This document shows, piece by piece, positions 24,416 to 35,139 of a DNA stretch of 64,000 nt (position 1 is the first letter of the stretch; every line of letters starts with the position of its first letter). The position numbers and the translations under genes are program-made. The notes beneath the pieces are model-generated. The model was not told the origin of the DNA and made no database searches. It was given only the letters and a program-made list of their open reading frames with translations. The DNA comes from Centroscyllium fabricii (taxonomy: Eukaryota), in assembly GCA_051313645.2 (NCBI GenBank), contig JBNRSN020000010.1, forward strand, positions 47,740,001-47,804,000, read 5' to 3'.

Positions 24416-25017
24416 GCATGACATGATGCCGATATCACGGTTGAGACTGTCCTCATGGGTGCGGAATTTGGCTATCAGCCTCTGATCGACGATTTTGCAT
24501 TGTCGTGTGTCTCAAAGGCCGCCTTGGAGAATGCTTACCCAAAGATCGGAGGCTGAATGTCCTTCACTGCTGAAATGTTCCCCGACTGGGAGGGAACACT
24601 CCTGCCTGGCAATTGTTGTGCGGTGTCCGTTCATCCGTTCACCTGCCTGACGTAGAGTCATCCAGACCAGAGACATCTTTGTCTTGTAAGGAAATTCCTT
24701 TTTTTTTAAATCATTGTGTGTTTTGCAGCATTTGACCCCTTGTGACTGTGCCTCATTGATCTCAGACTGATAGGTTAAAATGTGTTAATATGCCTTTGTG
24801 TGCTCTGTCTATCTCTGTTAAGGTGAGATGTGAGAGATCAGATTTCTCTCTCCCTCCCATATGTGTGTTCTTTAAGTCAGCTTCTCTTTCACCTGACGAA
24901 GGGGCAGATGCTCCGAAAGCTTGTGATTTAAAATAAAACTGTTGGACTATAACCTGGTGTTGTGTGACTTCTTGCATTTGTCCACCCCAGTCCAACACCG
25001 GCACCTCCACATCATCA
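24416..25017. mobile_element. Penelope-like element with inverted 5' segment
   Basis: 24416-24640 is ORF end on the minus strand and 24640-25017 is pLTR on the plus strand; inverted truncation is typical of PLEs. Confidence 0.8.
24889..24926 (+). ncRNA. Minimal type I hammerhead ribozyme
   Basis: tcac-CTGACGA-a-ggggc(agat)gctcc-GAAA-gc-tt-gtga; palindromic AAGCTT at stem III. Confidence 0.78.
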
Positions 25018-25179
25018 CTATTTTCAGAACAGCCACAAGAGCCCCATTCAACTGCTGGCACAACCAAACCACCATGTGTGTGAGTGCTGTATCCCTGCTT
25101 GTTGACCCTCATCAATATAATGCGGACGGAGAATATTTAAAAGGAAATAAAATCACTTACTTGTTGTATAAACAGAACA

Positions 25180-25705
25180 CTGCACAAGTCAGGAATGTGA
25201 TGGAATACTCCCCACTTGCCTGGATGAGTGCAGCTCCAACAACATTCAAGAAACTCGACACCATCCAGGACAAAGCAACCCATTTGATTGGCACCCCATC
25301 CACCACCGTAAACATTCACTCCCTCCACCACCGGCGAACCGTGGCTGCAGTGTGTACCATCTACAAGATGCACAGCAGCAACTCACCAAGGCTTCTTCGG
25401 CAGCACCTCCCAAACCTGCGACCTTTACCATCTAGAAGGACAAGGGCAGCAGACGCCTGGGAACACCACCAACTCCAAGTTCCCCTCCAAGTCACACACC
25501 ATCCTGACTTAGAAGTACATCGCCAATTCTTCATTGTCGCTGGGTCAAAATCCTGGAACTCTCTCCCTAACAGCACTGTGGGAGTACCTTCACCACACGG
25601 ACTGCCGCGATTCAAGAAGGCGGCTCACCACCACCTTCTCAAGGGCAATTAGGGATGGGCAATAAATGCTGGCCTTGTCAGCGACGTCCACATCCCATAA
25701 ACAAA
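25180..25705 (+). mobile_element. LINE 3' end (same family as 787-1312)
   Basis: Direct homology to 787-1312. Confidence 0.8.
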
Positions 25706-27668
25706 TTTTTAAAATGCCAGACTGATACCTTATTCAAATAACTCATGCACCTGATCAGACATAACTTGAGGCCAGGAACATTGTTTGAAAATGGTATCAA
25801 AATGGGGCCACTGCAGTAGGCTCTATGTACACACTGGATATCTGGTACTGTGGCTTTCTGCATATCTCACTGCTAATCCTCGTGCACATCACCTGGGCTA
25901 GTGTGTGTCTGCTGCAGCAGATGAGTGGAGATTCCAATAGCAGAACAACCAGGGTTCTTGATGGAGGAACCAGTGTTATTGTACAAAGCTGTGATTACCT
26001 GAACAAAAGCTCTCCAGTTCAGATTATTGACAGGCCGTGTACAGAATTTGTGTACCAGCTGCAGCTTTTTGCACAGCATACACTGTGCACAGAGGTCTCC
26101 CTTTGCTCTTGGAAAAGGTCACCTTGGAGAAGAAATAATCTTCTCACCCACAGCACACAGTAAAGTGTATTGAGCAGCCACACTGTGGGTTGTTCAGCGG
26201 TTCCAGTAAATATAATCACTCTAATTACTGCAGAGCAACTTACATCAAAGGGGATGGAAATGCATGTCTCCTTCAGGGACCTGAATAAATCAGATTGCTG
26301 GCTCTAAGCTACATTCTCAGCAATTTGGTTGAAAAGATAACACTGGCAAGGCTGCGTGTCAAGACTGGTAGACGCCACTGTGCACACGCCAGTGACATTT
26401 TTGTTTTCGCACACTAAATAGAACCAGAAATTACCGAGCATTTCATTTCAGGATGCCACTGTTTATACTTCTTGCAGTAACTTGTATTATTTACAAGGAC
26501 TAAAAGAACACAAAAATATACAGAGATGCTATTTTTGGCACTGTCTGCAGATTTTTATCAAAATTTGACACATCTTATATTGGTTAAAGAGTGATTGTAA
26601 ACCAGAAATTTTATTTAAATATATTAAGGTAAGTTTGGAGTTTCAGCCTCAGAAAGTATCAATGAGGGACCAGATATTTATTTCAATATTGCAGAATGAT
26701 ATTTATTTGAGTATAAGTTGTAATGTTTGTTGAATTTAAGCACTGGAAGAAGCAGGTATCTATCTAATGCAAGTTTTAAAACATCAGCAGCAACCTTGGT
26801 AAAGGGCAAAAACCGGTTGCTTACACAGAACCGCTGGTGTATCAGAACACCCACCGAAACTGTATGCTATGTATTCTAATGCATGCACCGATGAAGCTTT
26901 TTCTATCTCAACCTTCACTATCTGTCTATTTCTTGAAGACAGCTATCATGCTGGAAACCTTTTCTGCCATTTTCTTCTGTCCATGATGTGCACACTGGTC
27001 AACCGTTCTCAGCACTGAACTCACTTGCTGCCATTTGACTGCACCAACTCTCTCGTATATAGTATGCAACAGTTATCCAGAACACAGTTCCACAGAAGGC
27101 AACCATGTTGTCTCTACAAAAATTTAAAGTTACAGGGCAGGCTTAACAAGGCCAATTGACATAAAATCACATCCGTTGGCCAGATGCAGCTGGGGTGGGA
27201 CTGGAACCAGGAAAGCAGCTGACCTGCTCCCAAGCCATATCCAGTTGCAAAATCCCAGCCAGTGTGTTTGAGCCCCAGTCCAGGACACAAGCCCATAAAC
27301 TAGCCTGATAATTCAGTGTAGTACAGAGGCAGTACTGTATTGGCCAAGGTGCCGTCTGACGTATCGTCAATATCCCAGATTAAAAGAGTCGACGAGTAGT
27401 TACCGAAACTAAAGGCTTTTAATCGCTAAAGAACGGAGCTACCCTCCGGAACGAACTTCTGTACAGGAATGAGGAGCCTCGGTCAGTTTCCACCTATAAA
27501 GGGGCCTCACCTGGGGGAGGAGTTAGAGGTGTGGCTGACCTGGCTCCCAACAGTATTACACAGTATACAGGGCTGTGCCTTACATCTGCACAGCCCATTA
27601 TTGGCACAATAAGTACAGTGGTAAACATTATATACAAGGGTTACCACATTCACCCCTTCTTGAAAATT

Positions 27669-30600
27669 TTAAGTCCGGGGGGGGGTGGGGGGGGGGGGGG
27701 GGGGTGAATGGGCCGAACAGTTCATGATCAGTCTGTCCGGCGGTCGTGTCTTCCTGGAGGACCGCCGGCGTTGCGGTGTTGGTGGTGCTGCCTCCTGGTT
27801 CGTACCACTTGCATCTGCCGGTGGTGACCGCTGATCGGGTGCTGTGGCTTCTGGTGGCGAAAGATCCGGCTGGTCCCCGCCGTCCGGGTCGTAGTTCTGT
27901 ACTGGGAAGCTCAGGGGCCATCGTGTGTCTGGTGGGTTTTCTGGATACCACGGCTGAGCGGCCTGCTGGCCGGCCAGGGGCTCTGCGGTGGTGCTTCCAG
28001 CGGGAGCCAGGTCCCTGATGGACACGGTGTCCTCACGCCCGTCCGGGAACTGCACGAATGCATAGTGGGGGTTCGCGTGTAGGAGCTGTACCTTGTCCAC
28101 CAGGGGGTCTGTCTTGTGGCTCCGGACATGTCTTCTAAGCCAAACCGGCCCCGGAGTCATCAGCCATGGAGGAAGAGCTGTCCCCGAAGTCGATTTCCTA
28201 GGGAAGGAGAAAATCAGATCGTGCGGGGTGGCGTTAGTAGCGGTACATAATAGAGAGCGTATAGAGTGCAGCGCGTCTGGGAGGACTGCCTGCCAATGGG
28301 ACACTGGAAGGCCTCTGGACTTGAGAGCCAGGGTGACCGCCTTCCAAATGATCCCATTCTCCCTTTCTACCTGGCCGTTCCCCCGGGGGTTATAACTGGT
28401 CGTTCTGCTCGTGGCAACCCCTTTCTGGAGCAGAAACTGGCGCAGTTCATCGCTCATGAACGGTGACCCCCGGTCGCTATGGATGTAGCTGGGGAGACCG
28501 AAAATGGCGAACAACGTGGTGAAGTGTTTTATCACCGTTGCGCTCGTCATATCTGCGCAGGGGAAGGCAAAGGGGAAGCGGGAGAACTCATCCACTACCG
28601 TGAGGAAGTATGAGTTGCGGTCGGTGGAAGGGAGGGGGCCTTTCAAGTCCACGCTGAGACGTTCAAAGGGGCGGGTGGCCTTCATGAGGTGCGCCGTGTC
28701 TGGACGGAAAAAGTGGGGTTTGCACTCGGCGCAGACAGGGCACTCTCGGGTCATAGCCTTGATCTCCGTGATGGAGTAGGGGAGGCTACGGGACTTAACG
28801 AAGTGGGCGAGTCTGGTGACACCCGGGTGGCAAAGGCGGTCGTGGAGGTCCTTCAGCCGGTCGAGCTGGGCACTGGCGCACGTTCCCCTGGACAGTGCGT
28901 CCGGGGGTTCATTGAGTTTACCTGGTCGGTAAAGAATGTCATACTCGTAAGTCGAGAGTTTGATCCGCCACCGCAGGATCTTATCATTCTTGATTTTACC
29001 CCGTTGTTTATTATTAAACATAAACGCCACCGACCGTTGGTCGGTGAGCAGGGTAAAACGCTTACCGGCCAGGTAATGACGCCAGTAGCGCACGGCCTCC
29101 ACGATGGCCTGGGCCTCCTTTTCCACTGCGGAGTGGCGAGTTTCGGGTCCCTGTAAGGTGCGGGAGAAAAACGCTACGGGCCTGCCTGCCTGATTCAGGG
29201 TGGCAGCAAGGGCGAAGTCTGAAGCGTCACTCTCCACCTGGAAAGGGATGGATTCATCAACAGCGAGCATGGTCGCCTTGATAATATCTTCCTTTATCCT
29301 TGCGAATGCCGTTTGGGCTTCTACAGAAAGGGGGAAGACGGCAGCCTTGAGGAGTGGTCTAGCCTTATCTGCGAACTGTGGGACCCATTGTGCATAATAG
29401 GAGAAAAATCCTAGGCATCTCCTCAAGGTTTTGGGGTTGTGAGGTAGGGGCAGTTCTTGCAGTGGTCGCATACGCTGTGGGTCGGGGCCGAGGACCCCGT
29501 TCTCCACCACGTATCCGAGGATGGCGAGCCGGTCTGTATTAAAGACACATTTGTCCTTGTTATACGTAAGGTCCAGCTTGTCCGCCGTGGCGAGGAATTT
29601 GGCTAGATTGGCATCGTGGTCCTGGTGGTCGTGGCCGCAGATGGTCACGTTGTCCAGGTAAGGGAAAGTGGCCTGCAAGTCATTTTGGTCAACCATACAG
29701 TCCATCTCCCGTTGGAACACTGACACTCCGTTGGTCACGCCAAAGGGGACGCGGAGGAAGTGGTAGAGCCGACCGTTCGCCTCGAAGGCGGTGTAGGGGC
29801 GGTCGGCTTTCCGAATCGGGAGCTGATGATACGCCGATTTAAGGTCGATCGTGGAGAACACCTTATATTGGCTGATCTGATTGACCATTTCCGAGATGCG
29901 GGGAAGGGGGTAGGCGTCGAGCCCGGTGTAGCGGTTGATAGTCTGGCTGTAATCGATAACCAGCCACTGTTTTTCGCCAGACTTCACCACTACAACTTGG
30001 GCGCGCCAGGGGCTGGTGCTGGCTTCAATTATCCCCTCCTTCAGCATCCGCCCGACCTCCGACCTGATAAACGTGCGATCCCCCTCACTGTACCGCTGAC
30101 TCTTAGTAGCAATGGGTTTGCACTTCGGATCGAGGTTGGCGAACAGCGAGGGGGGGTCGATTTTCAGGGTGGAGAGGCCGCAGGCCGGGCTCCGCTTTGG
30201 GAAAGGATTGTCCCGGCTACTGACGGTGAGGGGGGGCAAGGTCCCGCCGAACTCCATTGTCACGCTCTTGAGGTGGCACTGGAAATCCAAACCTAGTAAG
30301 GCTGGGGCACACAACTGCTGGAGGGTATACAATTTAAAATTACGGTACACGCGCCCCTTGACGGTGAGCGTAACGGAGCAGTAGCCGGTGACATCCGCGG
30401 TGTGGGACTGTGAAGCTAGGGAGACTTGGTAGTTAGTGGGCCGGACCTGCAGTCCGCAGCGCTGCACTGTATCGGGGTGTACGAAACTCTCAGTGCTTCC
30501 CGTGTCAAAAAGGCAGTTAACCGTGTAGCCGTTAATCAAAATGGGCATTATAGAGTTAGACAGGGTATGTGGCCTGTCCTGATTCACTCTGATTCTGGCT

Positions 30601-30950
30601 GCCGCAGCCGTGCATTTCTGTGTGTGTGGGGCCCTTGCTGGTCGGGGCTGTACACAAGATGGCGGCGCCCCTGGCTCGCACATGGTGGGGCCCTGGATAC
30701 AAAATGGTGGCGCCCCTTGCCCGCACATGGAGGGGCCCTGGATACAAAATGGCGGCGCCCCTGGCTCGCACATGGAGGGGCCCTGGGTACAAAATGGCGT
30801 CGCCGGGGGTCGCACATGGTGGGCCGCTGTGAGCGCGCTGGCGGCGCCCGTGATTCGCACGCAGCGGACCGCGGTGATCGGGTTGGCGGTGCCCGTGATT
30901 CGCATGCAGCGGGCCGCGGTGGTCGGGTTGGCGGTGCCCGTGATTCGCAC
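27669..30950 (-). CDS. pol: Pol (protease-RT-RNase H-integrase) of element C, uninterrupted
   Basis: 1093-aa ORF with FDTGS, YLDN, DASD, HHCC and DDE motifs. Confidence 0.93.
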   Translation of the reverse strand: MRITGTANPTTAARCMRITGTANPITAVRCVRITGAASALTAAHHVRPPATPFCTQGPSMCEPGAPPFCIQGPSMCGQGAPPFCIQGPTMCEPGAPPSCVQPRPARAPHTQKCTAAAARIRVNQDRPHTLSNSIMPILINGYTVNCLFDTGSTESFVHPDTVQRCGLQVRPTNYQVSLASQSHTADVTGYCSVTLTVKGRVYRNFKLYTLQQLCAPALLGLDFQCHLKSVTMEFGGTLPPLTVSSRDNPFPKRSPACGLSTLKIDPPSLFANLDPKCKPIATKSQRYSEGDRTFIRSEVGRMLKEGIIEASTSPWRAQVVVVKSGEKQWLVIDYSQTINRYTGLDAYPLPRISEMVNQISQYKVFSTIDLKSAYHQLPIRKADRPYTAFEANGRLYHFLRVPFGVTNGVSVFQREMDCMVDQNDLQATFPYLDNVTICGHDHQDHDANLAKFLATADKLDLTYNKDKCVFNTDRLAILGYVVENGVLGPDPQRMRPLQELPLPHNPKTLRRCLGFFSYYAQWVPQFADKARPLLKAAVFPLSVEAQTAFARIKEDIIKATMLAVDESIPFQVESDASDFALAATLNQAGRPVAFFSRTLQGPETRHSAVEKEAQAIVEAVRYWRHYLAGKRFTLLTDQRSVAFMFNNKQRGKIKNDKILRWRIKLSTYEYDILYRPGKLNEPPDALSRGTCASAQLDRLKDLHDRLCHPGVTRLAHFVKSRSLPYSITEIKAMTRECPVCAECKPHFFRPDTAHLMKATRPFERLSVDLKGPLPSTDRNSYFLTVVDEFSRFPFAFPCADMTSATVIKHFTTLFAIFGLPSYIHSDRGSPFMSDELRQFLLQKGVATSRTTSYNPRGNGQVERENGIIWKAVTLALKSRGLPVSHWQAVLPDALHSIRSLLCTATNATPHDLIFSFPRKSTSGTALPPWLMTPGPVWLRRHVRSHKTDPLVDKVQLLHANPHYAFVQFPDGREDTVSIRDLAPAGSTTAEPLAGQQAAQPWYPENPPDTRWPLSFPVQNYDPDGGDQPDLSPPEATAPDQRSPPADASGTNQEAAPPTPQRRRSSRKTRPPDRLIMNCSAHSPPPPPPTPPRT

Positions 30951-31891
30951 GCAGCCGGCCGCGTTGGGGGGTCGCGCTTGGCCAGCCTTTGCCGCATCGG
31001 GGTGGGAGATGGGGGCGCTTGTTGTCTACCCCAGGACCGTCGCTGGATCGCGCTGCTATTGCAGCTTACCTGGTGTCTGTCGGTGCTCTCACAGGCTGCA
31101 CTGTTGTACCTTGGGTTAGGCGCTGCTGGAGCTGATCTGCAGGCTTTAGCGTAATGACCTTTCTTAGCGCATCTCTCGCAGGTCGCTGTCCTGGCCGGGC
31201 ATCTCGCTCTTGGGTGCAGTCCCTGGCTGCAGAAGTAGCAGCGCTTATCTTTTGTGGCTGTCGCAGCCATCGTGGGGGTCTCGACCCGTTGTGGTGCTGC
31301 CCAGGCCTGGGCCCATTGTGGCGCGGCCCAAATGTCGTAGACTTGCAGGTTAGTGCCGCTGTATGCCTGTAACTTGTTTCGGGCCCCCTCTACTGATTTG
31401 GCTATCTTAGTCGCCTCCTCGAGGGACAGAGTGTCTTTCTCCAGTAGCCGCTGGCGGGCTTCCACACACCTTAGTCCCGTAACGTAAGCATCCCGAACGA
31501 GGAGTTCCGCCTCCTCTTCAGCTGTTCTGGCTTGGCAGCCACAGACCCGTACCAGGGCCTGGAGCGCTTGCTCGAACTGCTCATTGGACTCACCCGGTAG
31601 CTGAGATCTGGTCGCAAGCACATGTTGGGCGTAGACCGAATGGACCGGGCGCTCGTAGCATTTTCGTAGTAGTGTTACGGCCGCTGTGTAGGTTGAGGCG
31701 TTCCTGATGAGGGAGAATACCCTGCTGGAGATCCTCGACCGGAGGACCTGCAGTTTGTTCCTGTCCGATGTAGCCTTGGCGGCGTCCATGTAGGCCTCCA
31801 GGAGGCCGAACCAGTGTTCGAACGTGGTAGCAGTGGCCAGGTCCTGGGGGCTGATGTCCAGCTTCTCAGGTTTAACTGCGCTGCTCTCCAT
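30584..31891 (-). CDS. gag: Gag of element C (twin zinc knuckles)
   Basis: 435-aa ORF homologous to the gag of A and B; probably continuous with pol except for a 1-bp shift near 30805. Confidence 0.9.
   Translation of the reverse strand: MESSAVKPEKLDISPQDLATATTFEHWFGLLEAYMDAAKATSDRNKLQVLRSRISSRVFSLIRNASTYTAAVTLLRKCYERPVHSVYAQHVLATRSQLPGESNEQFEQALQALVRVCGCQARTAEEEAELLVRDAYVTGLRCVEARQRLLEKDTLSLEEATKIAKSVEGARNKLQAYSGTNLQVYDIWAAPQWAQAWAAPQRVETPTMAATATKDKRCYFCSQGLHPRARCPARTATCERCAKKGHYAKACRSAPAAPNPRYNSAACESTDRHQVSCNSSAIQRRSWGRQQAPPSPTPMRQRLAKRDPPTRPAACESRAPPTRPPRPAACESRAPPTRSPRSAACESRAPPARSQRPTMCDPRRRHFVPRAPPCASQGRRHFVSRAPPCAGKGRHHFVSRAPPCASQGRRHLVYSPDQQGPHTHRNARLRQPESE
30655..30960 (-). repeat. 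45-bp tandem repeats at the gag-pol junction (also 12170-12420 in A)
   Basis: Two 15-codon unit types: AACESRAPPTRPPRP and MCEPGAPPFCIQGP. Confidence 0.85.
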
Positions 31892-32411
31892 TTTAAAATA
31901 TTTAGCGATTAAAATTGACGTATCGTCAATATCCCAGATTAAAAGAGTCGACGAGTAGTTACCGAAACTAAAGGCTTTTAATCGCTAAAGAACGGAGCTA
32001 CCCTCCGGAACGAACTTCTGTACAGGAATGAGGAGCCTCGGTCAGTTTCCACCTATAAAGGGGCCTCACCTGGGGGAGGAGTTAGAGGTGTGGCTGACCT
32101 GGCTCCCAACAGTATTACACAGTATACAGGGCTGTGTCTTACATCTGCACAGCCCATTATTGGCACAATAATTACAGTGGTAAACATTATATACAAGGGT
32201 TACCACACCGTCTTTCATATGAGACGTTAAACCGAGGCCCGGCTGCCTCAGTTGAATATAAAAAATCCCCAGGCACTGTCCAACAAAGAGCAGGGGCGAT
32301 GTCCCAGTGTCCTAACTATTTATCTCATTTCTGTTTATGGCACCTTGCTGTGTGCAAATTGGCTGCCACCTTTGCCTATAAAACAACAATAACTACATTT
32401 CAAAATGTAGT

Positions 32412-33520
32412 TTTGAACCTCAAACAGACCATCGTTCGCAGCAAATTACCCAGCCTTCAGGAGAACAGCAACCACAATACCAACAGAACCCTGCCACAGC
32501 AACCTCTGCAAGACGTGCCAAATCATCAGCATAGATACCATCATCACACGTGAGGACACCACACACCAGGTACATGGTACATACTCATGTGACTCAACCA
32601 ACGTTGTCTACCTCATATGTTGCAGGAAAGGATGCCCCGGGGCATGGTACATCGGCAAGACCATGCAGACACTACGACACCCGATGAACGGACACCGCAC
32701 AACAATTGCCAGGCAGGTGTGTTCCCTCCCAGTTGGGGAACACTTCAGCAGTCAAGGACATTCAGCCTCCGATCTTCGGGTAAGCATTCTCCAAGGCGGC
32801 CTTCGAGACACACGACAACGCAAAATCGTCGAGCAGAGGCTGATAGCCAAATTCCGCACCCATGAGGACGGCCTCAACCGTGATATTAGCTTCATGTCGT
32901 GCTACATGTGACCCCACCTGATGTAGAGTCATCCAGACTCGAGTCGTCTTTGTCTTGTTCGCTGTGGCAATTTCCAGTAAGGAAAATCCTTTTTTTTTTT
33001 TAAATCATTCTGTGTGTTTTCACACAGACACAAGACTGCAAAATTTGACCCTTTGTGACTATACCTCATTAATCTCAGACTGGTGCCTGATTAATATGTT
33101 AAAATATGTTAAAACATCTTTGTCTGCTCTGTATGTCTCTCTGCTGAAGTGTGATGTTGGAGAGATTAGACTGCTCTCTCCCTTGTATATATGCTGTCTT
33201 TAAATGACCTTCTCTTTCACCCGAGGAAGGAGCAGCGCTCCGAAAGCTTGTGATTTCAAATAAAACTGTTACAATACAATACAATACAATACAATTCAAT
33301 TTATTGTCATTGTAAAGCGAACACAATACAATGAAATGCAAACATGCAATCTCCCAAAGAAACAATAGATGTTAAAATGTCCTCTCCTGTAAGTCCCAGT
33401 CTGGTCCATAATGCCCCCCTGACGGTCCCGATGCTCAGGCCACGCAGGCTCCAGCCCCGATGCTCAGGCCACGACGCTCCAGCCCCGTTGGACTATAACC
33501 TGGTGTTGTGTGACTTCTTG
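32412..33520 (+). mobile_element. Penelope-like element: GIY-YIG endonuclease and pLTR with a mutated hammerhead (33217-33253)
   Basis: CDSTNVVYLICC..C...YIGKT...R..GH...HF GIY-YIG signature. Confidence 0.88.
33270..33487 (-). mobile_element. Short 3' end of a LINE (possibly Rex1-like) with an (attgt)n tail, inserted in the Penelope pLTR
   Basis: aataaa followed by (ttgta)n on the minus strand; splits ctgtt|ggactataac. Confidence 0.5.
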
Positions 33521-33891
33521 CATACATTTCAAAAGTAATTCATTGGCTCTAATGCAATTTGCGACATCCTGTGGACTTGAAAGACATTTTATAAATGCAA
33601 GTTTGTTTGTTGATCCAGTCATTAACGAGGTAACAAACCACCAAGTGAAACAGGCATATCTAATTCACTCAACTTTCATATGCTCTTACCATTATTTTGA
33701 ACTAAATGTTTTGCTGTTCTTTGCCACCTTCCCAATTTTCAGCCTAAGTTCTGTGGACAAATGATAGGACACTGAAACGGTACCTCTTACAATGGTTCTT
33801 CACCAATTAGAACCAGAAGTATGAGTTTCTCATTGGAGGCAAATACTGGTTTCAAAAATACATGGAAGCAAAAATAATTGAATGCATCTGA

Positions 33892-34170
33892 TGTTGTAGT
33901 GTAACTACTACAGAGACTCATCCGAGGTCTCTAGGACCTAGAATCCACCTTTACTTGAGTGGGCCCGCCCTCGTTCCCCCATTGGTCAGTTGGGTCAATG
34001 GGTGCCGCTCCGTGGGGCTGTCACTCAACAGCCCCCACAATGCTTTATGTTTTCGCGCCGTTTCTGTTAGTTCTGCGTTGATAGTGCTTGAATAAAGACG
34101 TGTTATATTCTGCTCCGCTGCTTCCTCCATTTATTAAGTATTTTAAGGTGGAAAACTTAGGTTTCCCACA
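33892..34170 (+). mobile_element. Possible solo LTR
   Basis: Starts tgttgtag, has a GC/CCAAT-rich middle and AATAAA; no TSD found. Confidence 0.3.
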
Positions 34171-35139
34171 ATGTCAACAATTCTTTGTGGGTAGGGGAGG
34201 AAGCCGAGGGCAACTTGATCTGCTCATTGTCAGAACCTTCCTTTAGGCCTACTTATAATCTACTATACATTAACAATGGGGTGTGCTTGCAACATTCAGA
34301 GGGCATTGCATCACTTGCTGGTGCTATAAGCATAACGTTATGTAGCATAACATTAAATAACAGGCCCACCCTGTAGACCATCAATTGAAGAGTTCCACCC
34401 CCCTCCCAAAAAAAAACAAAAAACTACACAGATAAAAAGGCTAGTGTTCCAAAGAAGAAAATGTGAGGAACAGAAAAGAAGAACTGTTAAAAATGAAAAA
34501 TCGCACAACGACGCTGGTATCAAGAACAGCACAAATGGATGCTCAAGTGTGGGACGGCGATCTGGGTCACAGTGCTGAATTTCCAGTGGAATATGCCATG
34601 CAGAGAGTCAAATGGCATGTTACAGCTGTCATTTTCATACTTGGTGGTGGTCCCCCATGCAAGTATTGACATATTTCCAGAGTCCCCTCTCTATACTTTC
34701 ACCCAGTGCAAAACAGCACATTCACTACAGAAAACATATTTTGCTAACAAACAACAGAAATAATATAGTAATCTGGTATGTTAACAATTAGGGAAAAAAT
34801 ATAGTAATCTGACCATAGACATAAATCTAATGATGTCACAACTCTATTGGATCCTTTTGGAGACGCTCTCGGGTACATGAACACTAGTTTGACAACCTAT
34901 GCATTACGGTGAGGTGTGTGGGTATATAAAGAATCTCACTGATATCAGTGAATGGTTATAACTCAGAATAACACGACTTTGAGCACTTGTAGCAACGACA
35001 TGAACTAAGAGTAATTGCACACCTTCTGGCCTCAGTAGTCAATCCCCACACAAAACTGTACAAGTGCTAATAGCTCAGTAGCTGAGTGCATCCTGTGGTG
35101 TGGTATTGAGCCAAACAGACCAGGATGGTCCCATATGCA

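Larger units (their letters stand above)
27357..32207 (-). mobile_element. Gypsy LTR retrotransposon C, full length and young
   Basis: 292-bp LTRs at 27357-27648 and 31916-32207 (about 2 differences), TSD ccgtc, PPT gaaggggtgaa. Confidence 0.97.
27270..32410 (+). mobile_element. Deu-domain SINE (SacSINE1/AmnSINE-like) split by Gypsy C
   Basis: Rejoined sequence ggtgccgtctttcatatgagacgttaaaccgaggccc matches the Deu-domain core; L2-like tail at ~33520-33605. Confidence 0.65.

Noticed and set aside
30584-30950. Programmed ribosomal frameshift between gag and pol of element C
   Set aside because: Relatives A and B have gag-pol in one frame, and the shift maps to a G5 vs G6 homopolymer.
29760-31154. 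Long antisense ORFs over Gypsy pol
   Set aside because: Expected shadow ORFs of GC-rich coding sequence, with no recognisable motifs.
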